A stretch of DNA of 64,000 bases, taken from the IMG/VR virus record IMGVR_UViG_3300044982_000010, positions 145 through 64,144 of that record; one strand, 5' to 3'. How positions within the stretch are numbered: position 1 is the first letter of the stretch; each line of letters starts with the position of its first letter. The DNA is from a virus (taxonomy: Duplodnaviria > Caudoviricetes). The notes under the pieces were generated by a model. It worked only from the letters and a program-made list of their open reading frames with translations, had not been told where the DNA came from and ran no database searches. Below are positions 9,348 to 17,698 of the stretch, one piece after another. The translations under genes and the position numbers were made by a program.

Positions 9348-11238
9348 ATGTTACGCATATTCTTGGATTTTCGAAACGTTCTACGAGAACAAGACCTACA
9401 CGCTCAAGTCTTTATCGCCGGTAGAGTACATCCTCCACCCGCGCTGGGAAACGCTGGGCTGCGGCGTGGCCATCGAGCATGAGCCTGCCTTCCTCCTGCC
9501 GAAGGACGACGTGGCTCCGTTCCTGCGCGGGATCAAGCAACCGTATGCGGCGATCACGCACAACGCTTTGTTCGACGCCTGCATACTGGCGTTCCGCTAC
9601 GGCATACATCCCGCCGCCCTGCTTTGCACGCTCAGCATGGCGCGGGCGACGATCTGGCACAGCACGCCCAACGGCAGGTTGAGCCTCAAGGAGTTGCTTA
9701 AGTTTCTAGAGCTACCGCAGAAGGCCGACTTCATCCAGCAAATGTCGGGCAAGCATTACGCCGACCTAGAGAAAGACCCCGGCTTGCTGATGGGCTGGAC
9801 CGGCTACACCCTCAATGACGTGGAGGGATGTAGAGAAATCTTTTTCCGCCTGCGCAAGGACTTTCCGGGGCAGGAAGCGCTGGTGATGGATCGGGTGATC
9901 CGCATGGCGACTCAGCCGGTGCTGCATGTGAACATGGTGGTGTTGGACGACTACCGCGACATCGTGCGGCAGCGCAAGCGGGACTTACTCTCGCGGATAA
10001 GTCTGACCGATCCGGGGCAGCTTAGGTCGGACGAGAAGTTCGCCCAGTTGCTACTTCAGTATGGTGTTGACCCGCCAATGAAGACCAGCCCAACCAATTC
10101 GAGCAAGAAGATTTACGCCTTCGCCAAGACTGACTACGCGTTCACTGATCTGCTGGAGTACGAGGACGTTGAGGTGCAGGCGCTGGTGGCGGCGCGCTTA
10201 GGCGTCAAGACGACCATCGAGGAAACACGATCTACCCGGTTGATCAACATTGGGCTATGCACCAACAGCTTCCTCAAGGAACCTCTCCTGCCGGTCCCGC
10301 TCAAGTACGGCGGCGCGCACACGCATCGCTACTCGGGCGACTGGTTGCTCAACCTACAGAACCTGTCGGCGCGCAAGAGCAAGGAGATACGCACGGCGAT
10401 TGAAGCGCCGCCCGGCTACACCATCGTCGCTGTGGACGCGGCGCAGATTGAGGCGCGCATCGTGGCGTGGCTGGCAGGGGAAGAGGTTTTGCTGGAGATG
10501 TTCCGGCTGGGGCGGGACACCTACAAGGCGTTCGCCGCCATCATTTTCTCCACCCTGCTTACTCAGGTGAGTAAAGCTCAAAGATTTGTTGGCAAGACCT
10601 GCATCTTGGGGCTGGGCTTTGGCATGAGTGCCATCAAGCTGTGGCGCACCATCACCAACCTCGCGCGCGAGCAGGGGATCGAGATCGAGATCACACTGGA
10701 GAACTGCACCGAGTGGGTGGTGACCTATAGGTCTACGTATGTCGCCATCTGGCGCTGCTGGCAGGACATGGGCAACCTGATCCACGCCATCGTCAACGGC
10801 TATGGCGACGGCTGGGGTGTGGGGCCGTGCCATGTTGAAGGCACAACTATCATTTTGCCGAGCGGCCTGAAGCTATTCTACGACAATTTGCGCATGGAGG
10901 ACGGCGAGTACTGGTATGACCAAGCGCAGTTCCGGCGCAAGCTTTACGGCGCGAAGATGCTGGAGAACGTGGTGCAGGCGCTCGACCGGCAGCATGTGGT
11001 TGAAGCCGGGCTGCGCACCGAGGCCCGCGCACGGGAGCTAGGGATCGACGGCAGGGTGCTGCTCAACGTTCACGACGAAAACGTCCACTGCGTGCCTGAC
11101 GAGCAGGCGTACGTGCTGGCTGAGATCGCGCTAGAGGAGATGCGGCGCAACGAGCCGTGGTGCGCCACCCTCCCTCTTGCCGCCGAGGTGAAGCTGGGTA
11201 GGAACTTTGGCGAGATGGAAGAATGGAAGCCCTCATAG
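9348..11238 (+). CDS. polA: Family A DNA polymerase with a +1 frame break at 9368-9371
   Basis: ExoII HNALFD, motif A DAAQIEAR, motif B RFVGKTCILGLGFG, motif C NVHDE. The ExoI motif LDFET is restored only by joining ATG 9348 to the frame of ORF 9466. Confidence 0.9.
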
Positions 11239-11279
11239 GTTACAACTATAAGGCGAGTTAAATACAACCTCTACGGGTG

Positions 11280-11308
11280 TTGACAACAAGCGACACTTGT
11301 GTCATATT
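11280..11308 (+). promoter_or_regulatory. Possible sigma70 promoter
   Basis: TTGACA-17 bp-CATATT in an intergenic gap. Confidence 0.5.
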
Positions 11309-11335
11309 TGCGTCTTTGCGAGGTTTCAAAGGTCA

Positions 11336-11656
11336 ATGCAAATGGTGAACTTCATCACAGAGGAACCGGACATCGAAGTTCCCGCCGACATGCAGACTTT
11401 GATGCAGGTCTTTGGGCTGGCTCCGATGGAGGCGCGGTTCATGCAGAGCATGCTGGTGCGGGGCTGGTCTGGCAAGGAGGAGCTACCCGAGGTGAGCTTC
11501 AGCATCCGGCAGCAAATTTACAAGCTTCGCAAGAAGCTGGAACCCCGACGAGTTTGGATCATCAATGATGCCTCTGGACGATACTCCATTCCCCCGAGCA
11601 GCAAGCGAGTGGTGCGGCAGATTATTGAAGCGGCTCTCGCCAACTCAGGAGAGTAA
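11336..11656 (+). CDS. Winged-helix DNA-binding protein (resembles OmpR C-terminus)
   Basis: FGLAPMEARFM...IRQQIYKLRKKL...IIN...GRYSI. Confidence 0.65.
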   Translation: MQMVNFITEEPDIEVPADMQTLMQVFGLAPMEARFMQSMLVRGWSGKEELPEVSFSIRQQIYKLRKKLEPRRVWIINDASGRYSIPPSSKRVVRQIIEAALANSGE

Positions 11657-11657
11657 G

Positions 11658-12119
11658 ATGGCTGATGCCCACAAGCAAATGCTGAGCGTGCTGGGTTTGG
11701 AAGACTCGATCCTGCGCGGCGGCGTGGGCGCTGCCCCTGACATGTGGAAAATGATCAACGCGTCAGAAGACGCCATGCGAGCGCAGCTAGCGCAATCGAC
11801 AGAGCAGGCTGCGATGGTAGGCATGCAGGCGCAGAACTTTCCGCCCAACGTATCCCCGATTGGCCAGTTTCCAACCAACGGGAATGCAACTCAAGCATCG
11901 CTAGCGCCTCGCGCTCGCGAGATGTTCCTCAAGCGCATGGGCGGCATTCGTAACGAGTTGCGGATCGCTCCTGATGATTTCTTACAGTGTCATATTTATG
12001 GCGAGGTGGTGCATCTGTTCTATTGCTTTGGTGGTCGAGCGGGCGTTACTCAAGAGAGTATCGATCTGTTTCCCAGCGACACCCTGATCACGCAGTTCAG
12101 GATGGTTCTCTCCACATGA
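11658..12119 (+). CDS. Hypothetical protein
   Basis: ATG directly after the AGGAG-containing palindrome at 11641. Confidence 0.7.
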   Translation: MADAHKQMLSVLGLEDSILRGGVGAAPDMWKMINASEDAMRAQLAQSTEQAAMVGMQAQNFPPNVSPIGQFPTNGNATQASLAPRAREMFLKRMGGIRNELRIAPDDFLQCHIYGEVVHLFYCFGGRAGVTQESIDLFPSDTLITQFRMVLST

Positions 12120-12313
12120 CTAAGATCGAGTTCGTTGAGTTTGAAGAGAAGCCTGATCTCACCGGCTGGTATCTTGTCGAGTACGACAAGCTGGGAGGGG
12201 GGCCTACCGACAGCGTGGGGCCGTATGAAACTAAGACCGCAGCGCTGCGGATGTGGCGAGATCGTAAACCAGAGCCAAAGGAACTGAGCGATGCTGGACA
12301 CGATGACAACTAA
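12116..12313 (+). CDS. Hypothetical protein
   Basis: ATGA coupling; GWY...GPYET motif seen in small phage proteins. Confidence 0.6.
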   Translation: MTKIEFVEFEEKPDLTGWYLVEYDKLGGGPTDSVGPYETKTAALRMWRDRKPEPKELSDAGHDDN

Positions 12314-13034
12314 GGTCAGGTCGTTCTCTTGGAGCTACTCCAAACTCAAGAACTTTGAAACCTGCCCCCGGCGCTACAAAGCGGTGGACGTGGACAAGAC
12401 GGCTGAGCAGGGGCGCAGCGAAGCGCTGGACCGGGGCGACGAGTTGCACGAAGCGATGAAGAACCGGGTGGCAGGGTCTACGCCCCTACCTGCCCACTTC
12501 GTCTATATGGAGCGCTGGGCCGAAAAACTGACAAGGGTTTTACATCCGTTCCAGATCATCCAGTGCGAGTTGAAGCTCTCTTGCGACCGGCAGGGTAATC
12601 CAACTGGCTACTTCGACAAGACCACGTGGCTGCGCACCAAGATCGATTATCTTCGGTTCATGCCGGTAGAGGGGGACGGAAAGCCGGGCGAGAACCAAGA
12701 CTTTGCTCATGTGGTGGACTACAAGACCGGGCGACCACCCAAGTACTGGGATGGCACGCAGTTGTTGATCAACGCCCATCTGATCTTTGGACATTACAAG
12801 AGCATCGCTAAGATGCGGGTGGATTATCTGTGGACCGAGTACAACGACACCAACCACGAGACGTTCTCCAGAGACGACACTCCTAAGATGTTCGACGCCT
12901 TACTCCCGCGAGTGAGCGCGCTGGAGGAAGCGCATGCGACCGGGAACTTCCCGCCTAAGCCTTGTGGGTTGTGCGAGGAGTACTGCCCAGTGACGACGTG
13001 TGAACACTACGGCAAGAGGATGGGGCGAGGATAA
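12291..13034 (+). CDS. PD-(D/E)XK (Cas4/RecB-like) exonuclease
   Basis: WSYSKLKNFETCP, G..LH, KID...VVDYKTG, C-terminal C.LC..C....C. Confidence 0.85.
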   Translation: MLDTMTTKVRSFSWSYSKLKNFETCPRRYKAVDVDKTAEQGRSEALDRGDELHEAMKNRVAGSTPLPAHFVYMERWAEKLTRVLHPFQIIQCELKLSCDRQGNPTGYFDKTTWLRTKIDYLRFMPVEGDGKPGENQDFAHVVDYKTGRPPKYWDGTQLLINAHLIFGHYKSIAKMRVDYLWTEYNDTNHETFSRDDTPKMFDALLPRVSALEEAHATGNFPPKPCGLCEEYCPVTTCEHYGKRMGRG

Positions 13035-13183
13035 TGCCATCAAAAGCTGAATACCAAGCAAAGGCAAAAATTGTAATTGACGAGCTATTCCCCAAACTCA
13101 GCGCGGAGGCGAGGGCGGCTCTTACGTTTTTAGTCGTAGATTTTCTGATGAGTCTCGACGCCGCCGCGATGGGGGATCAATGA
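13034..13183 (+). CDS. Small hypothetical protein (49 aa, not in ORF track)
   Basis: MPSKAEYQAKAK...; fills the gap with overlaps on both sides. Confidence 0.5.
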   Translation: MPSKAEYQAKAKIVIDELFPKLSAEARAALTFLVVDFLMSLDAAAMGDQ

Positions 13184-13386
13184 CCAAAGAGGGTGAACTG
13201 GAGGTGAACGACATCATCGAGGTGCGGCGCATGCGGTATCTCAAGGACGACCAATGGATACCGGCGCGGGTTACCTACGTTGATGACCGCAAGATCGAGG
13301 TGCAGGCGCTCAGGGGTACGTTCGACGGCACCCATGACCTTGAGGCGCTGCCGAGGAACCAACAGCCGGGAAGGTTTTGGCGATGA
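13180..13386 (+). CDS. Small beta-rich (SH3/Tudor-like) hypothetical protein
   Basis: LEVNDIIEV...WIPARVTYV...IEV. Confidence 0.6.
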   Translation: MTKEGELEVNDIIEVRRMRYLKDDQWIPARVTYVDDRKIEVQALRGTFDGTHDLEALPRNQQPGRFWR

Positions 13387-13622
13387 TTAAGGCGACTGTG
13401 GTTACTCAAGAGGGTAAGTTGAGCCTGCTGGTGATAGGGCTGAGCTTCGGCAATTTGAACAAGTTCCTTAAGCAGCCGGGCGACACATACATCAAGATCA
13501 ACGGCAAGGAGATCAACGTCGATTTCGATGTGCTGCTGTTCTCTGGTCGAACCGAGGCCGAGATGGAAACGATGATGAAGCAGTTTATCGGCCCCAACAC
13601 CAAAGTGAAGGATACGCGATGA
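13377..13622 (+). CDS. Hypothetical protein (start 13377 or 13383)
   Basis: Coupled ORF in operon. Confidence 0.65.
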   Translation: MAMIKATVVTQEGKLSLLVIGLSFGNLNKFLKQPGDTYIKINGKEINVDFDVLLFSGRTEAEMETMMKQFIGPNTKVKDTR

Positions 13623-13897
13623 GTGGCGAACCGATAATGCTGGTGTGTACCAGATTGTCAGACATGACGGTGATGCACCCGAAGCAGATACAGGAGCTAT
13701 GCTCCAAGTGTCAGCACGTGGTCGGCATCTACCCGACCGGGCAAGAGATGATGAAAAGATATCCAAAGATGAAGCTGGTGTGCGTGGGCTGCGCCGACTT
13801 AGGCGCGTTTGGTCCTGACGACGAGATTATTCCTGCCGGAACCATCGACGAGATTATTCAAGAGAAGCGCGATAGCGTGCCATCGGGGAAAGCATGA
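13619..13897 (+). CDS. Zinc-finger-like hypothetical protein
   Basis: CSKC...CVGC. Confidence 0.65.
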   Translation: MSGEPIMLVCTRLSDMTVMHPKQIQELCSKCQHVVGIYPTGQEMMKRYPKMKLVCVGCADLGAFGPDDEIIPAGTIDEIIQEKRDSVPSGKA

Positions 13898-14268
13898 CGA
13901 CGCCAGAAGGCCGCACTAAGAAAAGCATCGACCGCGTGCTGGCGGCATTCGACTTCGTGTATGCGTTCAAGCCGGTGCAGATGGGGCTGGGCGCTGCCGG
14001 GTTGGACTACCATTGCGTGGCCGGGGTGGCGTTCCTGATTGACGGCGAGGTTTGTAACCTGCCGATTGCGTTCTTCATTGAGGCGAAGAAACCCGGTGGC
14101 GAACCGACCGGCAGGCAGGATACATTCCGCAAAGAGCGCAAGGAGAAGCAACACGCCAAGACGTTCGTGATCGATGACGACAACGCTAGCCTACAAGCGT
14201 TAGTCGAGTGGCTGGAACAGCTTGAGGCTCAGAATGAACGTACACGCGCCCTTGCCGACGACGTATAA
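13894..14268 (+). CDS. VRR-NUC family nuclease
   Basis: TPEG..K, G..GLD, FFIEAKKPG..PT.RQ. Confidence 0.8.
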   Translation: MTTPEGRTKKSIDRVLAAFDFVYAFKPVQMGLGAAGLDYHCVAGVAFLIDGEVCNLPIAFFIEAKKPGGEPTGRQDTFRKERKEKQHAKTFVIDDDNASLQALVEWLEQLEAQNERTRALADDV

Positions 14269-15631
14269 GTTCCCACCTTCTGCGTTCCTCGTGCAGAAGC
14301 TGACGGCGGCTTTGTTCATCGAGAACGAGCGCGCCTATTGCTTGAACGAGCTAGGGACCGGCAAGACAAGAAGCATCCTGTTCGCGTTCGACGCGCTCAA
14401 GAAGGCTGGCGTCGTTCAGCGGCTGTTGGTGATCTGCCCATTGACGGCGATGAAGCGCACATGGTGGCGCGAGGTCAAGCGCGAGTTCCCGTGGCTGACG
14501 GTGACCATACTCTATGGGTCTAAGCAACAGCGTGAGCAGAAGCTCATGCACAAGGCGGATGTCTACGTCATTAACCACGACGGGCTGAAGGTGTTGGAGA
14601 GCCAACTATCATCACGGCACGACATCAATGCAATATGCGCGGACGAGATCGCGGTGTACCGCAATGGCCGGGCCGAGCGCACTAAGATTTTTCGCGACTT
14701 CGTGCGTGGCAAGTTGTACGTGTGGGGGTTGACGGGTAGCCCGATCCCTCGCGCCGTTACCGACGTGTGGGGGCCATGCTCGTGCATCACCCCGCATACG
14801 GTGCCGAAGTGGTTCACCATCTTCCGTGATCAACTGATGATCAAGGCCACCCAGTTCAGGTGGGAGCCTAAGCCTCATGCCGAAGAGCGCGCGGTTGCCT
14901 GCATGCAGCCCTCTGTGCGCTTTCGCTTGGACGAGGTGACCGAGTTACCCCCGAGAGTGATCAACTACTATGATGCACCGCTATCTCCCAAGCAGGAATA
15001 TGTCTATGAAAGCATGCGCAAGGGCGCGTTGGCGCTCGTTGGCAGCGACAAGATCGACGCACTCAACGCCGGGGCTATACTTAGTAAACTCTTACAAATT
15101 GCCATCGGATATGTTTACACCCGCGATGGTAAGACTGTGGCGCTACCAAATACGCCACGGCTTCAGCTTATCCTCGATTTGATCGATAGCACGGCGCACA
15201 AGGTTCTCCTGTTCGCGCCCTACAAGAGCGTGGTGAAAGCGTTGAGCCAGATGCTGGCGGACAACCAGATCGACCATGCCGTCATTACCGGCGATACTCT
15301 CCTGAGTAAGCGCAACGAGATTTTCAACGCGTTCCAAGAAACGCGCGACCTTAAAGTGATTTGCGCCCATCCGGCGTGCATGGCGCATAGTCTCACGCTC
15401 ACCCGCGCCACGACGACGATCTGGGCCGGGCCGGTTACGTCGTTGGAGATTTTCACCCAAGCCAACGCCCGCACCTACCGGGTGGGGCAACAGCACAAAA
15501 CTCTGATTGCGATGGTGGGCGGCACACCGGCAGAGAGAAAGATTTACAAACTCCTAGGTCGCAACGAGGCGCTGCAAAATCGCTTCTTGGAGATCATGGA
15601 AGACATTACAGAGGATTACGCTCTTGAGTAA
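14234..15631 (+). CDS. SNF2-like superfamily 2 helicase
   Basis: ELGTGKT, ADE, LTGSP, Q.NAR.YRVGQ. Confidence 0.9.
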   Translation: MNVHAPLPTTYKFPPSAFLVQKLTAALFIENERAYCLNELGTGKTRSILFAFDALKKAGVVQRLLVICPLTAMKRTWWREVKREFPWLTVTILYGSKQQREQKLMHKADVYVINHDGLKVLESQLSSRHDINAICADEIAVYRNGRAERTKIFRDFVRGKLYVWGLTGSPIPRAVTDVWGPCSCITPHTVPKWFTIFRDQLMIKATQFRWEPKPHAEERAVACMQPSVRFRLDEVTELPPRVINYYDAPLSPKQEYVYESMRKGALALVGSDKIDALNAGAILSKLLQIAIGYVYTRDGKTVALPNTPRLQLILDLIDSTAHKVLLFAPYKSVVKALSQMLADNQIDHAVITGDTLLSKRNEIFNAFQETRDLKVICAHPACMAHSLTLTRATTTIWAGPVTSLEIFTQANARTYRVGQQHKTLIAMVGGTPAERKIYKLLGRNEALQNRFLEIMEDITEDYALE

Positions 15632-15636
15632 CTCAC

Positions 15637-15843
15637 ATGAGTAAGTTCGATTGGGAGGAAATCGAAGTGACTTACCTCCATCATACCGATAGTGCGGTCT
15701 TGGTCAACATTACCGGCAACCTGCAAGGTGGCGTGTGGCTCCCTAGGTCGCAAGTCAAGTGGGAGGTCGAGGAGTATCCCAGAGGCACGACGATTACGAT
15801 TATGGCCCCGGAGTGGCTATTGGAGAAGGAAGGTTTGATTTAA
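15637..15843 (+). CDS. Small phage protein
   Basis: TDSAVLV...VWLPRSQ...PEWLLEKEGL. Confidence 0.75.
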   Translation: MSKFDWEEIEVTYLHHTDSAVLVNITGNLQGGVWLPRSQVKWEVEEYPRGTTITIMAPEWLLEKEGLI

Positions 15844-15933
15844 CATAGTTAAAAGTGGGATCACTTTTTTACCTTGAAAAATTTTTCAGGGTTTTGGAAG
15901 CCTAATAGGCGAAAAAAGAAGGAGCAGTGAACA

Positions 15934-16428
15934 ATGACGTTTGATTTGGGAACCCGCATCAAGCAGGTGCGGGCGGCGGAAGCCAAGATGAAGGCCGAGG
16001 AAGCCGAGCTTGAGGCGAAGCAGAAGCCGCTCAAGGATTGGGCTGCGACGGCGCGAGCGGAAATCCTTGAGTTCCTCAACGCCACCAACCAGAAGAGCGC
16101 CAACACCGAGTGGGGAACGACCTATTGGAAACCAAAGGTCACCTACCGGGTGGTGGACAAAGACGAGTTCCGGCGTCATGTCATTGGCGTGGAGGCATGG
16201 GAGCTTGTGACGTGGGGTGCTGCGGGCAACGCCGCCGAGGCGTTCACTGAGGAGCATGGCACGCCGCCACCGGGATGCGAGCGCAACAGCGTGCGCATTC
16301 TCTACATCAACCCTCCGGTCAAGCCGCGCACGCGGGTGACCAAGGCCAGTGAAAGCAACGGGAGCGCACCGACAACGGAGGAAGAGACGGACGAGATGGC
16401 TGGCGAGCCTGCTAACGCACCCGAGTAA
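15934..16428 (+). CDS. Hypothetical replication-module protein with N-terminal coiled coil
   Basis: AGGAG RBS; SANTEWGT...PPG pattern. Confidence 0.75.
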   Translation: MTFDLGTRIKQVRAAEAKMKAEEAELEAKQKPLKDWAATARAEILEFLNATNQKSANTEWGTTYWKPKVTYRVVDKDEFRRHVIGVEAWELVTWGAAGNAAEAFTEEHGTPPPGCERNSVRILYINPPVKPRTRVTKASESNGSAPTTEEETDEMAGEPANAPE

Positions 16429-16464
16429 CCCACCTGAGTAAGTGGCAACCAAAAGAGGATAGAC

Positions 16465-17637
16465 ATGAACCAAGTTGTACAGAAGCCGCCCACGGGGCCG
16501 GTCGCGATCTCTGGCCGGTGGGCGAAAGTCCCACGGGACAACACCGACCTGTCGCAGGGCGTAGCCCTTAGCTTTCCTATCTTGGCGATAGGCACCAACC
16601 AATGGGTGGTGAGGTGGAAGGGCGAAGATAGATTGGTCAAAATCCCCAACACGGAATACCCCGCTCCGTTCGTGGACGTAGTGGTCCTCAAGGCGCAGAA
16701 GGATATGTCGCGGGTGTTCTACGCCAGCGGCTACGTGCAGGGGGTGCGTGGGAAGAAGCCCGACTGCTGGTCGAGCGACGGGGTGCGGCCCGACGAGACG
16801 GTCGCCCAGCCGGTCAACTCGGTCTGCGCCACCTGCCCCAACGCCCAGTGGGGGTCAGGCGGATCCGCCGCCGCGCCTAAGGCGCAAGCCTGCCAGCAGC
16901 GCAGGAGGACGGTCGTAGTGCCGTACAACCAGCAGCCCTATGACCTCACCAACGAGGCCGAGGGTGGCCCCATGCTTCTCTCTGTGCCGCCCGGCTCGCT
17001 CACCAACTTGGTGCGCTACAGCGAGCAGTTGGACGCGATGGACTTGGCGGACGGCAGCAAGGGCATGCCTTACGCAGCCTGCGTTACTCGCCTGAGTTAC
17101 GAGCCGCTGTTGAAGTTCTCCAAGGTGGTGTTCCAATATATCAAACCCTTGGACGACGCCGAGAGCGACGTGATCATCGCCTTGCAGGATGCCGAGGCGG
17201 TCAATCGCATCTTGCAGTCGAAGATCAACATCGACGGCGGCGAGGTGGACCACGCGGACGGCGGCGCGGCAGGTGGGGGAGGGGGCCAGTCGCAGGTGCA
17301 GGCTCCTCCGAGGCCGTCGCAGGGGGTGCCGAGGCAGGGAGCGCAAGCGCAGCCAGCACCCGCACCCGCACCCGCACCGGAAGCGCAGGCCCCGCCGCCG
17401 CCGCCGCCCCCAGCGCCGCAGAAGGTGGGTGGGCATGGGATCACCGAGGCTGTCTCCAAACCAGCCACGCCGCCCACGTCTACGCGTACGGTCAACACCG
17501 CCAAGCCAGCGCAGCCCGCGCCTCACAAGGTGACTGCGCCAGTGGACGATGAGACGGTGGATGAGGTTACCCCTCCCCCTGCCGGGTCGATTGCCGATAA
17601 AATGTCGGCTATGTTCGACAAGCTGATGGGAGAGTAA
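16465..17637 (+). CDS. Putative ssDNA-binding/recombination protein with Cys cluster and Pro-rich tail
   Basis: PDCWSSDG..PD...CATCP...WGS...KAQAC; lies between helicase and primase. Function is inferred from position only. Confidence 0.55.
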   Translation: MNQVVQKPPTGPVAISGRWAKVPRDNTDLSQGVALSFPILAIGTNQWVVRWKGEDRLVKIPNTEYPAPFVDVVVLKAQKDMSRVFYASGYVQGVRGKKPDCWSSDGVRPDETVAQPVNSVCATCPNAQWGSGGSAAAPKAQACQQRRRTVVVPYNQQPYDLTNEAEGGPMLLSVPPGSLTNLVRYSEQLDAMDLADGSKGMPYAACVTRLSYEPLLKFSKVVFQYIKPLDDAESDVIIALQDAEAVNRILQSKINIDGGEVDHADGGAAGGGGGQSQVQAPPRPSQGVPRQGAQAQPAPAPAPAPEAQAPPPPPPPAPQKVGGHGITEAVSKPATPPTSTRTVNTAKPAQPAPHKVTAPVDDETVDEVTPPPAGSIADKMSAMFDKLMGE

Positions 17638-17698
17638 CTCTCGTGAGTAAGGGGCGGGCCATGCACCCGCCCCATCACACCGTTCTGGGGAGAACAAG

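Noticed and set aside
12291-13034. Cas4 as evidence of a CRISPR system
   Set aside because: Stand-alone Cas4-like nucleases are routine in phage replication modules, and there is no array.
17350-17415. GCACCC and CCG short tandem repeats as contingency loci
   Set aside because: They are in-frame multiples of three encoding a Pro/Ala linker.
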